Positions 14,030 to 28,700 of a stretch of 64,000 nucleotides of DNA are shown piece after piece. Under the pieces are notes generated by a model, which was given only the letters and a program-made list of their open reading frames with translations, searched no databases and was not told the DNA's origin. The stretch is from the human T2T-CHM13v2.0 reference genome, Homo sapiens. Position numbers and translations under genes: made by a program. Every line of letters begins with the position of its first letter. The first letter of the stretch is position 1. Location: NCBI RefSeq assembly GCF_009914755.1, contig NC_060925.1, one strand, 5' to 3'.

Positions 14030-14590
14030 TTTTTTTTTTTTGCTGTTCAATTTTTTATTATAGTGAGATATACGTAGCATGAAATTTAATTTACCATTTA
14101 CCATGTCACCAATATCAAGTGTACAGTTCAGTGGTATTAAGCACATTCATATTATTGTGCCACCATCACCATTATTCATCTCCAAAACTCTTTTCATCAT
14201 CTCAAACTGAAACTCCGTATCCATTAAACCATAACTCCCTATTTCCCTCTTCCGCCGAGCCCTTGGCAACCTCCGTTCTACTTTCTGTCTCTATGACTTT
14301 GACTACTCTAAGTTCCTCATATGAGTGGAATCATACAGTATTTGTCCTTTCATAGTGGCTTATTTCACTTAGCATAATGTCTTCAAGGTTCATTCATGTT
14401 TGTAGCAGAGGTCAGAATTTACTTCCTCTTTAAGGTTGAATAATATTCCACTGTAAGTATGTGGAATACTTTTTACTTATCCTTTCATCCATTGATGGGT
14501 GTTTGGGTTGCTTCCACATTTTAACTGTTGTGATTAATAGTGCTATGAACATGGGTGCACAAATATCTCTTCAAGACCTGCTTTCAAACC
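14030..14590 (-). mobile_element. Old L1M (L1MB-like) 3' end
   Basis: aagtgtacagttcagtggtattaagcacattc...gctatgaacatgggtgcacaaatatctcttcaagacc. Confidence 0.8.
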
Positions 14591-15382
14591 ACTGCCTCAT
14601 TTTAAAATCAAGGTATACTTAGGAACCCAGGGGAGTCACATAGATTGCTCAGAGGTCTCCGTAAATGAAAACACAAAATGTCAATATTACACTTCTGGAA
14701 CATGACTTTAGTGTGAGGTACTCCTCGTAAAAAAAATAATAATCCTTGTGAACCACCACACCCGCCCCCCATGAGTGCCTTAGTATAAGAGCAAAAGATT
14801 AGAAACCTAACATATTGAAAGAGGATCATTTTGTCAAATCAGACCACAGACATGTGATTTATAAGGTAACATGTCATCATCATCATTTTCCCTATAAATC
14901 CTATAAGAGTTTTAAAGTTGCGTTTACACACATTAATTCACAACTACTAGTGAGGCAGGTAGGTAAGGCTGATAATAGTAGCCCCATTTTACAGAAGATA
15001 CTGAGCCTCAGAGAGTCTAAACCACTAGCTTAAGGACAGGAAGTGACAGGACTGAGCTAAACACCTTGTCCATTACCCTTCCCCATCCCATGCTATTCCT
15101 CATGCATGATTTATTCCCCCAAGCCCCATCTTCTTCATTCCAATGCACCCTATATGTGTCAATCAGTGCAAACCTCACCTTGACTATACTATAGTGGACA
15201 TGTGCCTAAGACTGGCTTCACGCACCGTTTCATCTCATCCCTGGTCCCAAGCACAAAGGACATGGCCCATAGTAGGTTCTCAGTGAATATCTGATAAAGA
15301 AAGGCATGCCAATGCTCAGTGCAGATGCTGATGCCTCTAACGAGCTGAGACACACAGAAAAACATTACCACTGTTACAGTAC

Positions 15383-15568
15383 CTTGACAGACTGGGGCTG
15401 GTGCTGTCCACTGTCCCAAGTTATCACACCGAACTATATCGGCTCCTCTCAGCATGAAACCTTCAGCACAGCGGAAGCTACAGTTGGTGTCATACTGAAA
15501 CGCTCTCAAGGATGGAGAGCAATCCATGCTTCCGTGGACAGGACTCTCCAGCGGCTCACACGAAATAG
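15383..15568 (-). CDS. SELP: SELP exon 8, sushi repeat 4 (186 bp)
   Basis: acttag|CTATTTCGTGT...TGTCAAG|gtactg; AISCEPLESPVHGSMDC...GQWTAPAPVCQ. Confidence 0.96.
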
Positions 15569-16393
15569 CTAAGTGGAAAAGGTATCTTCTAAAGCCAGGT
15601 AATGGAAGGGCCGGGTTCTTCCTCAGAAAAAATTCCTAGATGCTATATCTTTCCTGTCCACATTTTCAGTGTGTTCAGAACCCTAAAACCTCCATTTTCC
15701 AAAAGAGAGACTGCCTGGAACACCTTCCCATGCCCCTCTTGGCCTGACTCACTCTCACCTGCCCTTCAGGTCTCAGCTTAGACTTCCCTTTCCTTAGGAA
15801 GCCCTCCCTTCCCACCTTAACTAAGGGTAGAAGCCCCTGCAATGTGCTCCCACAGCCTCTGTTCTTGCGCTGTTCATACATGATTGTCATTCTTCCCCAT
15901 TATACCGTGGTCTCCTCGAAGTTGGGCTCAGTCATTCATAGTTTTATTCTGGAGCTGAGCAGAGTGTTTTGTACATTGAAAGTGCTCATTAAATATTGAC
16001 ATTATCTGTGAAATTGAATCTGAAAAGAGTATATACAGGAAAATGCTGGACTTATAGGGAAAAAAAAAAAAGCTGGACTAGCATAGCTTATTGTTGACAC
16101 TGTTACCTAGTCCTGTAAAATGATCCTGACCGGGCTTTGTCTCTAGAACACAGGATGTCATCCTAATCAGACTTCAGTTGCCAAGTGAGTGCAGCCAAAG
16201 TGAATTCCTGAGCACAATTAAGCCCTGAGTGACCTCAGTTCTGATAAAGATTGGTTTCCTCATGCTCTTCCTTGATAAAGCATTTTATTTCCAGGCTATT
16301 TCTGAAACTTTTCAAAGTGTAAAGACTACCTCTTTGCTCTGGGCTTTGACCTCTGGTTTTTACAGACTCAGAGCATTTAAGAACCAAAAATCC

Positions 16394-16860
<467 letters not shown>

Positions 16861-17370
16861 CTATTCTCCCATTACCACTGTCCGCCTTATAAACTGAGGG
16901 TGTGAGGCAATTGCAGAGAATTCATTTTGGTGGAATTATGTAATTGCCTGGGATTGCATCACACACTTTTTCGATGCAGTGTTCCTTCCTTTGCTTCTTT
17001 GTCAAAGGCTACCCTCAAAGACTACATGGTGAACCACTCTCTTTAGCCACCTTAGCCGCTGCTCCCAACTCCCTCTCAAGTATAGGACATGGTCCTATAC
17101 CTCAGATATGTCAGTAGAGCAGAAGCTCTATGCTAGGTACTTTATACATGTTATTTAATTGTATACTTTTTATGTACTTAATCCTCACAAGCACCTTGCA
17201 ATTCTTAGCTCCATTTCACAGATGAGAAAACCATGGTTCCTGGAGGTTGAAGAGCTTGCTCTAGTGCAAGAACTTAGAAGAGATCACCCCGACACTGAGA
17301 GCCCTTGGCCTCTCTACCATGCCATGATTCCTTCTTGGACAGAATGGAGGTTGCTAACGAAAAATCCTAC

Positions 17371-17556
17371 CCTCACAGGTTGGCAAGGGTGCAGACCAGT
17401 GTCCAGAGTCAATGCAGCGGAGCATGTCCAAGCCCCTCACTCTGTAGCCGGGCTGGCACTCAAATTTACAGCTGGAGCCATAGGCAAAAGCAGTGAGCGG
17501 ATGAACACAGTCCATGGTTCCTTCACTGGGGGCTTCCAGGTGCTGACACTGCACAG
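17371..17556 (-). CDS. SELP: SELP exon 7, sushi repeat 3 (186 bp)
   Basis: ctccag|CTGTGCAGTGT...TGTGAGG|gtagga; AVQCQHLEAPSEGTMDC...GHWSAPLPTCE. Confidence 0.96.
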
Positions 17557-18097
17557 CTGGAGAGAATAACCAAGGATAAAGAGAAAGATACTGAGAAAGG
17601 AGAAAAGCCACACATAGAGAGCAATGGTGGAACCACCTCTGAAATGCAGGTGGAGCTAGCAAGATGTAAAGGTCAAGAGACCCTAATGATGTTTGTCCAG
17701 ACTTGGATTACCAGTTCCCAGGGTGATCTGAGTCTGTTAAAAACAAAGATTCCTCCAAGCTGTATTCTTAATGTCCTCTATTCCCTATACTTCTATAAAC
17801 CTGTCTCAGTAGGTCTTCTAGTGTCCACTTATAGATGTAGAGGCCACCCTTTCTAATCTTATGGGGAAATTATGAATGAGGCCATTCTGAAACTGCCTGC
17901 GTTTGTGTTTGGGGAAAGAAAGGAATTTTTTTCCTTTCTCATCTCAGATGAACCCAATCTAGCTGAATGGCAGGTAGGAAGAGAATTAAATTTTGGCAAT
18001 TCAGGCCAGCTTCTCCATAAGCTGGTCAATTTCATCTATGCACTAAGTAAGGACTGGGTGCAATGGACATTATACATCCCAACTACCTGAAACTCAC

Positions 18098-18283
18098 CTT
18101 TACACACTGGGGCTGGGGCTGTCCATACCCCCGAGGCTGTGCATTGCACCACTTCCGGTCCAACTAATGCAAATCCCTCTTCACAACTGAAGCTGCAGCT
18201 AGACTGATGCTGGAATGCTTTTGCAGAATGAAGGCAGGTCATGTTTCCTCGTTCAGGAATCTTCAGGGGTGGGCACTGGGCAG
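18098..18283 (-). CDS. SELP: SELP exon 6, sushi repeat 2 (186 bp)
   Basis: ttttag|CTGCCCAGTGC...TGTAAAG|gtgagt; AAQCPPLKIPERGNMTC...GVWTAPAPVCK. Confidence 0.96.
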
Positions 18284-18809
18284 CTAAAACCAACCACAGA
18301 ATAATAGTGTGAGTCCTTGGACAAATTTTGTCCATCACCTTGGAAGCCTTCAAATTCTGCAGCAGTCACACCTTCCCAAAGTGGCAGGCAGGTTGATGCA
18401 CTAGAATGGTTAAATGGTGTTTTCAATAGCTGCTTGGAAAGATCAAACACCCTTGTTTTTCATGTAGAGAAGTTAGGTAAAATTATCAAATTAATAATTC
18501 TTAACCCCTAAGTCCTCATCATTGTACTCTGTTTACTTTACAATTAACAAAGGGAAAGAGGGGTCCCTTTGTAATGTTTTTGCCTGCGAATCAACAATTA
18601 AACTGACTAAGTCACTCTACCCATAAAAAAATACCATGAAAATTGAAATTAATGTTACTCTGGTTGACAGTTAACAGTGATAACCAGAGTTTTCCATCTA
18701 ACCTAGATGGTCATTATTTCTCACATTTTTTAATGGAGAAAGCTCATTGTGTCCTCTTCTCCCCCAAAATTCTATGTCAGTGAGGATGAAAAGAATAAGG
18801 TCTACATAC

Positions 18810-18995
18810 CTAAACACTGTGGAGGCTTATTTGTCCAGATTCCAGAAGCCAAGCATTCCAGCTTGCTGGGCCCATTTACTTGGTACCCGTCAGTGCAGTG
18901 GAAGCTGCACTGCGAGTTAAAAGAGAAGTTTCCCAGAGGGTGGCTGCAGTTCATGAGCACGTGTTGAGGGAGCTCAAGTTCTCCACACTCTCTCA
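18810..18995 (-). CDS. SELP: SELP exon 5, sushi repeat 1 (186 bp)
   Basis: ctgcag|TGAGAGAGTGT...TGTTTAG|gtatgt; VRECGELELPQHVLMNC...GIWTNKPPQCL. Confidence 0.96.
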
Positions 18996-19466
18996 CTGCA
19001 GGAGACAAAATAGTGATTTTTATTTTCCATGTAGAATTAACAGCAATGTCATGTTTGCTGAAAGCTGTAACTATTTGTGTAACCCTCTTAACTCTAATTT
19101 TCTAAACTTTTAACCCAAGCTATCCATCTCTACTTGGTCTCTTTGTATTGGCTGCATCTTGGGAAATAGTCATTCTTTCACAAGTTTTTACTTCAAACAA
19201 GTAAAATTAGCCTGAAAGTTCTGTTGGTTTTGCTTCCTTTCCCTTTCCCTTTTCTTTTTTGAAATTTATGAGTCAATGTTTTCTCCCAAGAATAAAATGT
19301 TTTTACCTAGAGTGTGTGTCTAGGGACACTGAGTGGAGGAGACAGATGATAGAGGGGGGCTGGTACCATCCTATTCTCACTGGAGAGACTTCAACATGAT
19401 TTATTTACTTCTTGGCATCATCTCTAGCATAAAACCAAAATAATATCAACAAAAAGGAAGCCTCAC

Positions 19467-19574
19467 CGTATTCACATTCTGGCCCATAGAATCCAGGGTA
19501 ACAGGAGCAGGTGTAGTTCCCGATGGTCTCGAGGCACTCTCCTTGTTTGCTGCAGGACATGTCCTGGCAGGAGG
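19467..19574 (-). CDS. SELP: SELP exon 4, EGF-like domain (108 bp)
   Basis: atgcag|CCTCCTGCCAG...GAATACG|gtgagg; [36 protein letters not shown] (six Cys). Confidence 0.96.
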
Positions 19575-22500
19575 CTGCATAGATATGGAAAGGTCAGAGT
19601 CATGGACATTCACAGATGTGAGGAAAGGCTGAATTCTCGTTTTGACCACAGACTCATCCCCTCTCAGATAGGACTGAGCTAGCCAGACAAGAGGGAAGCA
19701 CAGTATCTTCTAGAGAGCCAACCTGTCCCTTGTGAAAAGCATTGTAGGGGCCTGCTGGAGTATTGCGTGGCTCCCATTTCATACTGCATTTAGTATTTCC
19801 TAAGGAGGGTATTGTTGTGTGTGGACACAGAGGGACAAATGGAGCCAATGACAGATGTGTGGACAGAGAAACCCTATGTGGTACAAAATGGGCTGTGGTT
19901 TTCAAACCAAGCATTGTTTTATTATGGAAGCCCAATGTCACGTATTACTGCATTGAGGTTAGGCACCAGATGTGGGGCGTGGGGTCACACAGGTGTGATA
20001 TGAATCCTGGCTCTGCTGCCTACTTGCTATGTGACCTTAGGCAAGTTACTTCTCTGAGCTCAGCTTGCACAGTGTTAGAGCCCAAACCCTTTCACCTTTC
20101 ATTTGCTTCAAATCTATGTCCAGAATCCTACAGTGGAGAAACAGAGGAGCCAAATGAGATGTTTAAGACGTACTCATGGTAAAGGACAAACAATCTTATG
20201 AGGTGATGTTTCATGAGTCTGAATACAGCAGGCGAAGAGAGTACTGACTATGGCTGAACTGCCATGTCCTCTTCACCAAGATAGTGCCACTCAGGTGACA
20301 GAATAGAGAAGGGCCATGGTTTCTTTCCTGCAAGAAAGTATTTTAGGGTATATGCACTTGATGAGAATTAGTATTAGAATTGATACTTTCAAAGCACTGA
20401 GATGTTTTTATTAATGAGGTCATAGTTGGGGGTAAGTTCTATGGCTGAACTGTTTTCTGGTGGTTACTTCCTCTGTCTTAAGCCCTGTCCACATGCTGGT
20501 TCACTTGGAAGTATATTACAAAAGAATATCCATATGTCATATGTGGATATGCTGTGCTACATGATCTCTATGTTTCCTCTCAATTCTGAGATACTAAAAT
20601 TCTATAAACCATGCAAGGTTCTATAGGAAGAAGTTCCTATGGCAGCCAGTGAATTTGGTGAAGCTGCACTGAGACACTGGGAAGGGTTCAAATAAAGAGA
20701 AGATGTAGGAGGCAATAGCAGCTAAATGGATACAGGTTTGGTCCACATCCTATTCACTTCGCTCCCTGACCTTAACCCCACCAATGTCTTAATACCTTAC
20801 AGTAGCAACCCCTGCCTGCCCTATGTTCTTGGAGCATACAAATGTTTCCCCAATTATAGCTTCCTTGGGATCTCAGAACTCTAGGGGAAAAAAAGAGACA
20901 ATGTTCTGTATTCTATCCCATTTCAGGGTTTCCTGAATAGATAGGTTAGCAATTTGTCTATTCCTTTGGATCTCCAGGGAGAAGATGATTTATTCATGAT
21001 GATTCAATGAATAAATCTTTTTTCGATAGCCTGCTCTGAGGTCTAATAATTCCTGACATGTGGAGAATTATTCCAACAATCAAACTTAATTTCATATTAC
21101 AGTAAATATATCTATTTCTCATCTCCCATGGATAATTGATGCTTCTCTACATCCTTTACATCTCAGATGGCAAAACGACAATCAATGGTAGTGGCTGCTT
21201 AGAGTACTGTGTTGGTGGAGATAAAACCCATCTGTGTTCAGGTAAAGTTGTATTAATTAGTGATGTCTCTACCACTGTTGTGGGTTAGAGGAGTGTCATC
21301 ATTTATGCCAGTAATTTTTTATCTTTTTTCTATCTTGCAATTTTTTTGGCAAGCTTTATTGAGGAAGACTGTCTTGCAGAAATGGATTTTGAAGGTTGGG
21401 TGTGAAGGGGAAGTAGTGGCATATTGAAACAGCTAGTGGCAGTCAAGGTTATCTGATAAGAGATAATTCTAGGGAGGCATAGCCCAGAAAGGGGTAGAGA
21501 GCTGACTGGGAGAGCAGTAGGATGAGCTAATATCCTGGTAATGTCCATCCTGATCCATGAATATATGCTCAATTAATCAATTTATTTATATATAAATGCA
21601 TTATTTATAAAGTAGATCTGATTATATGATAATGCATTCATGGATATGTTTTGCCTCAGCTAGGAGGCTTGGGGAGAAGAGGGACAATGTAGAAGGCTTG
21701 CTTTATTCTGTGTATTCTGTTCCATACCTGTACTGTTGAGGGCTTCTGAGGGAGAGGTGTTTAAAATCTAAAGAATTCAGAATATGTATGGCAGATGATT
21801 TATCAAAGAAGCTTCAGAGTACTTAGAAACTTCCTGCTCGGGGCAGTCCATACCATCCTTAGGCACAGTGTTCGTGTGCTACAAAGGACAGAACCGGCCC
21901 CTCTGGACAGGGAAGCAACATCAGAAAGAAGGAATCAGCTCTGACACTAGGCTCGTGACTAGAGGAAGACCAAGCTTTCAGGAATGTCTGCTTACTCTGG
22001 CACTGGTAAAGTTGAGAATTAAAATACACTCGAAGTATTTCACCTTCAATTACTTCTTTCCTTTCCTGCCCACTCCCCACCACTACCCTCCCACCAAAGT
22101 TCAATGGATCTAAAGATATGTTGTTGTTGAAGAGAAACTATAAAGCATTTACAATCCTTGGTTATATTCTCAAATTGTCTCATAAAAATGTAGAGCAAAG
22201 AATGTGGTAGTTTACATGGCTAAAAAACACCAACTTTGGAATCAACATGAGTGTGAAACTGGCTCCACCATCAACTAGCTTAGAACCCTGGGCAGATTAC
22301 TTAATAGCTCTGAGCCTTTCCCTCATCAGCAAAGTAAGAGTAATAGAAAAACCTGACTGATGGAGTTGTCATGAGGACTAAATTTGACTAATATTAAATG
22401 AGCAAATGACACATGAACTAAATAAACTAATAACACAATGCCTAGAGCATACTGACATTCAGTAGCTATTAGTTACAGCTGTGTCACCTAGGGGCAGGGC

Positions 22501-22908
22501 TAAATTTCCTTCCAATTTACACTCTCTGTTATACAAGACACAGGGGTGAAAAAAAAGCTCTACACCTAAAATTTGGGAGACTGGTTTCTGGTCCTCACTT
22601 TGCTTCTGTCCTGCTCCACGGCCTTGAGAAACTAAAACCTCGTGAGTGTCCTTTTCATCAGTTATAAGATGAGACAGGTGAGCTGGATGATATTAAAATT
22701 TCCCTCTAGTTTTAAGCAGCTAGTTTTCTCTAATTCTGATCTTATATTCTTCAAGGTGCTCAATAATACTGATTGACTAACAATTTACCCCTTGATTTCA
22801 TGTCCTGCCTTTGTATCTTTGTGTTGACTCGGTGGTTATGTTGGCCAACCAGAGAAGGCAGGGTTTTTTTTTTTTAACAGGAAAGTTTCAAAGTAGAGAA
22901 GGCCCTAC

Positions 22909-23295
22909 CTGTGTAACACAATGCGTGCTTTTTCTTCAAGCAGTGCTCATCATTCCACTTGCCAGGGGCTGACGGACTCTTGATGTATATCTCCACGCAG
23001 TCCTCGTTGTTCCTTTTGTTGTTAGGTTCATTATCAGCCCAGTTCTCAGCCTCGTTGGTGAGAGCCTTTTTGGTTCCCACCCATGTCCATGTCTTATTGT
23101 TCTTTCGGATCCCAATCCAGTAGTAGGAGCTGTAGTAGGGTAGGACCTTATTGAGGTAATCAATTTCATTTTTATTCTGGATGGCCACTAAGTCTGTGTA
23201 GCGATTCTGGCAGTATTTACGGGAAATATTCCATGAGTATGCTTTTGTGCTGTAATGATAAGTCCATGCTGCCACTTCTTTCTGGTTTGTTAGTT
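22909..23295 (-). CDS. SELP: SELP exon 3, C-type lectin domain (387 bp)
   Basis: ctctag|AACTAACA...TACACAG|gtaggg; WTYHYS...WIGIRK...[15 protein letters not shown]...WNDEHC with the EPN and WND Ca2+/sugar motifs. Confidence 0.98.
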
Positions 23296-25009
23296 CTAGA
23301 GTAAAGGAGAGTGAGTGCCAGGTTAGTACCCCTCACCAAAAAAGAGGCCGTGATCCCAAGTATGCTTCTGCATACTCAGATGAATTTCCGACCAGAACAT
23401 TAATACACAAAACAACGACTAGTTTATGTCTAATGTAGTTGTTTGAAGGAAAAAGAGTGGTTTCCACCTTTCACTTAAAAGTGTGAATGATGTCAGAATA
23501 GGAAAATGTCATCTTCTGAGGATCCTTGATGTTAAAGGTTTGGAATCATAAGATATCAAAGTTAGGAGGGACCCTGGAAGTCATCTAATTTACTCCTGTC
23601 CTTTTATAAAAGAAGGAGACATAAGTAATTTGCCCAAGCTCAGATTAAATGACATATAAAATGTCTTAAGGGCAAGCTCTACCTCTTCACATGGAAAATA
23701 ACATGCTTTATGACCTGGAGCCTACCAGTTGGTCCAGCCTCATTGCCCACTGTATGTACTTTCTCAGCAAAACAGAATTCCTACTTCCTTGAATTTGCAC
23801 ATGCTCTCCCCACAATCCTGGCTGTCCTCTCTTCTTACGTCTGATAAACTTTACTCCACCTATTCTCCATGGCTTTCCCAGGTGGACTCTGTGTTCCTTC
23901 CTCCAGGCTCCCACAGCACCTCATCCCTGCCTCCATTGTGCTCATTGCCATGTACGGTAATGTCTGTTTCTATGATACAGTCTACATCTGCCAGGTTGTA
24001 AATCTCCGACGGTGTTTTCTTTTTAGCTTTGGATCCTTAGCACTGAGCCTAGAGTTTAGCACTTAATAGGCCTTCAATAAATACTTGTTGAATGAGTGAA
24101 ACACAGTAGGTTTGTGGCAGAACCCGGGTGGGAAATCAGATATCCTGATCTGCAATCTTATAGTCTTTCCATTCTTCTTGGCTGTTTGTCTTTCATTAAC
24201 TACTCTACTTCTTCCATGTCTGAATACTCCCTTATTAAGATAGGGCTCAGAACAGCCCTTTTTCACAAGTGTTTTTGATACCAAATGAACTAAAGAATGT
24301 GCGTTTCAAAAGTATAAAGGTACTACAGCACTCTTATCATAGTCTGTGGGAGTCCACCCGGGGCAGGAGAGGCCATTTCCCACATGAAGAGGTGTACAAA
24401 GCAAGCAATCAGGCCTGGAAATGGGTTTCTTTCCTGTTTATTTAAAGGCTTGTTTCTATCCAACCCTCTCCTCTGCTGCCTGCATGAGGGTTAGTCATGC
24501 TTGTACCTCCCTTGCTGACATTTCCAGGGCATTGTTTTGCCTTAAAGACTTCATTCTGATATAGCCAGGGCTGCATTATGACTTTCATAGACTTCAGGCA
24601 ACTTTGCCTATGTAGGCTTCTTCCTCCATGCTAACATATTAAAAATTCTATTTTGCAACTGCACTGGTACAAAGATGAATATATCACTATATATTAAAAC
24701 ATTTTCTTTGACTTCAAAGAAAATAATTATAAAAGAAATTCAGACGTGTGTGGGTCTTTAAAAATTTTGTGCGTCTGTGTCTACTGTGCCTAATGGATAC
24801 ATTCGTCCTGGATATATCATTTTAAGTTCTTTCCTATGCCCTTTCTACCAATATGATGGCGTTGGGTACATTTGTCTTCCAGCAATCTGGACTTGGACAG
24901 TTTTCCCATGCCTCAAACCAACTGGCTACAATCCTTAAATTTCTCACACATAGATCTGGGCTCTACCCTAATTACTTAGGCCTAAGTGAAAAGTTAGCAT
25001 AAAGTTTAC

Positions 25010-25100
25010 CAGAGATCAGGGCACTGAAGCAAAGGAGTTGGGAAATTCCAAAGACCACTCTCTGGAATCTCTGGTACAAGATGGCTATTTGGCAGTTGGC
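25010..25100 (-). CDS. SELP: SELP exon 2, signal peptide (91 bp)
   Basis: tttcag|GCCAACTGC...ATCTCTG|gtaaac; ANCQIAILYQRFQRVVFGISQLLCFSALIS. Confidence 0.96.
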
Positions 25101-25801
25101 CTGAAACAAGAAGAGAAAACTTTCTTTTAGTATCCATACACCACCAACATGGCCAAAAATAATTCTAGTTAACAATCATTATGTTGAAGTATAATTGTGC
25201 CAATTTCCACTGGAAGAGTGGTTCAAGCCCTCTGCTTCCTTCTTGCTTCTCATTGCCCTGCTTCTAAGTTCTACCCTGGATGGACACTGTAGCAAGGCTG
25301 GGGACAGAGTTCATTTCTTCATTCATTCAACAAATGTTTATTGAGTAGTTTGTGCCACCAATGTTTTTATTTTAAGATACATTTTTAATGTGTATGGAAG
25401 AAAGCTAAACACATTAATATGGCTGTCATTATTATTATAAAACAATCTTTTTAAGAAGTGGTATGTCATACCCAAGAATAACAGAAAGTCACATGAGAAC
25501 TTCCTGACCCACACAAATAATGTCTAACCTATACTTTGAGGTGCAGAGCATCAACAAATTGTGTTATGCTATGCCATCTATTTTGTACTATGGATCTTTG
25601 TTTTATCTTCTTGCTTTTTCATTTCTGTACACATCTACAATACTATTCAATGTTTAATATACATATGTATGTATATATTTAATATTTCTTAATATATGCA
25701 GTAAACTTGTTCCCCTTGGATCTATAGCAACTATTATTTCTCATGAACTCTCTTCTGTTGGGATTTCATCAAATCTATGAATATTTTTAAAATGTTTTTG
25801 G

Positions 25802-26135
<334 letters not shown>

Positions 26136-26540
26136 TCATCTTGTCCGACTTCCTCATGTTGCACATGAAAATACTGAAGCTTGGGGCATCTAAATAACAC
26201 GTTCAGAATGACAGTAGCAGAGCTTGACTTTGAAACAAGAAAGAGCTCTTTCCACTGTACTTTTTTTTTTTTTTTTTTAACCTTCATTAACCTCCAGGCT
26301 TCTAAATCCCATGCTGCATTGCTGTTTTGGATGATAAAGCATGCGACATGACCAAGCCTAGCTGCTACATCAGTTCCCCTCTAAAGCCACTCAACATTAC
26401 TATCAACATAAAAACAGTGCATTTGCTATGCATTTGCAGTTTTGTCACTATCCCAGCCAGACTGCTACCTAAAACCTTTCCTGTAAAGAAATCTCAAATT
26501 GCCTCAGACCACAATTTGGTCTGTGACAATTTGCTGCGAG

Positions 26541-26673
26541 GTTATGTGTGTGTTCGTGTGTCATGCCCCAGTGATGGATGATGTAGCGTGCATGGGACGG
26601 TGTGCGGTTGTGTGTATGTTCGTGTGTCATGCCCCAGTGATGGATGATGTAGGGTGCATGGGACGGTGTGGGG

Positions 26674-26717
<44 letters not shown>

Positions 26718-26829
26718 CATGCCACAGTGATGGATGATGTAGGCTGCATGGGACTGTGTGGAGTTGTGTATGTATGCGTGTGTCATGCCCCAGTGATGGA
26801 TGATGTAGGGTGCATGGGACAGTGTGGGG

Positions 26830-26866
<37 letters not shown>

Positions 26867-27445
26867 ATGCCACAGTGATGGATAATGTAGGGTGGATGGG
26901 ACAGTGTGGGGTTCTGTGTGTATGTGTGTGTCATGCCACAGTGATGGATGATGTAGGGTGCATGGGATGGTGTGGAGTTGTGTGTGTGTGTGTGTGTGTG
27001 TGTGTCACACCCCAGTGATGAGATGTAGGGTGCATGGGACTGTGTGGGGTTGTGTGTGTGTTCGTGTGTCATGCCCCAGTGATGGATGATGTAGGGTGCA
27101 TGGGATGGTGTGGAGTTGTGTGTGTGTGTGTTTGTGTCACACCCCAGTGATGGATGATGTAGGGTGCATGGGACTGTGTGGTGTTGTGTGTGTGTTCATG
27201 TATCATGTCCTGGTGATGGATGATGTAGGGTGCATGGGACAGTGTGGGATTGTGTGTATGTGTGTGTCACACCCAGTGATGGATGATGTAGGGTGCATGG
27301 GACAGTGTGAGGTTGTGTGTGTGTGTGTGTGTGTGTGTCACGCCCAGTGATGGATTATGTAGGGTGCATGGGACAGTGTGGGGTTGTGTATGTGTCACGC
27401 CCAGTAGGGTGCATGGGACAGTGTGGGGTCGTGTGTGTGCATGTG
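26541..27445. repeat. Composite minisatellite (VNTR): about 13 units of a ~48-bp core plus variable (TG)n
   Basis: Core tcatgccccagtgatggatgatgtagggtgcatgggacagtgtggggtt recurs every ~57-90 bp. Confidence 0.97.
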
Positions 27446-27949
27446 TTCATGCACTTTTGACTACAGCCTGACCAGATACCAGGGAGAACTCAACTCAAAC
27501 CAGTTAATGTGTCCCAGAGAGTAGAGTTATCTCATAAGCCTAGAACTCTTCATCTGGGAGCTTCTGAATCTTGACTTTGGTAAGTAGGCATATTTTGTGT
27601 TCTTATAAGCTGCTGATCTCTGCAGGACCTATGATTAAACACTGAGAGTATCATAACGTTATGATTTACAGCTGTTTATTTGCACAAAATGCAGAGTGAT
27701 CGATAACCCTTTGGTGTGAACCTAACCCCGCTGCTTTCTCTGAATTGTGTTGTGTCACAAGCTGTTCTTCCTATCACATTTCAAAATGCACCATTCCAAA
27801 TGCTGAAGTGGAATTCTTCAAACCAGGATAAGGCTGACTTCCCAAGGGGTTCACAAGCAAAGAGAGTGTTAATTAAATCTGTATTCAGATTCTCAACTTT
27901 CACATATATACTTTCTTAAAAACAATCTGCCTAAAATACACCTTTCTCC

Positions 27950-28700
27950 CACTTTATAAGAGAAAAATTATACCTTTTACTAATTTCTTATTTATTCCAG
28001 AGCTTTGCCCTTGGATATAAATACATTCGTATGCCAGAGATGATTCGAAATATTGGTATAGGTATTAAGAATTTGAATATTGTAAATGATATTGCAGCAA
28101 ATCCGTTTTCAAGTCTAGTGATTTCCATTTATTTCCTTTCATCAGCTTTGAGGGAGCACCCGATTAAGTTGTCAAGTCTGACTACATTTTGATAGTAAAT
28201 CACTATATAATTTGGGGCATATAACTTGGAAGGACTTCAAGGAATTGAGACATTGCTATAATAAAACTTCTAATTCCATTTACTTATTCATATGAATGAA
28301 GTTTCTCAATGTTTAAATCCTTGAAAATGAAATATGGGAATAATATTGATGCCAAACTTGTCTAATTTTGTTGATAAGTAATATTCATTCATGGATATAT
28401 GAACAAATGAGGGAAAGCTCCTCCTGTCTTAGAGATGAATCTTTAATAGCAATTTAAATATAAAGGTTTAAGTTACTTGTCAAAACTTGTAGTATATTTA
28501 CTTTATTTAATTGTGTACTGAAAGTAGTTGTAATGCTAACTCAATAGAAAAGAAAAACATTTTAACACATAGAGACTTACAGTTGTAGAAAATTGAAATT
28601 TTATATTTTTATTTTGCAAAGAAGTATAATAATCAAGAAAATACTTTAAGCTTAAAATGTGTAATCTTAGGCTAAATACTGTAGAAGTGGGATAGAAATA
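27950..28700. mobile_element. Possible degenerate hAT-Charlie DNA transposon fragment
   Basis: AT-rich segment resembling the 3' part of Charlie transposase genes; impression only. Confidence 0.35.

Noticed and set aside
19763-20182. 139-aa plus-strand ORF antisense in intron 3
   Set aside because: It runs through a MIR, has a non-ATG start and shows no recognisable domain.
26541-27445. Repeat-spacer layout resembling a CRISPR array, and His/Thr- or Cys/Val-rich ORFs across it
   Set aside because: The spacers are simple (TG)n rather than unique, the repeats are degenerate, no cas genes are present and the context is a eukaryotic intron. The ORFs are translations of low-complexity repeat.
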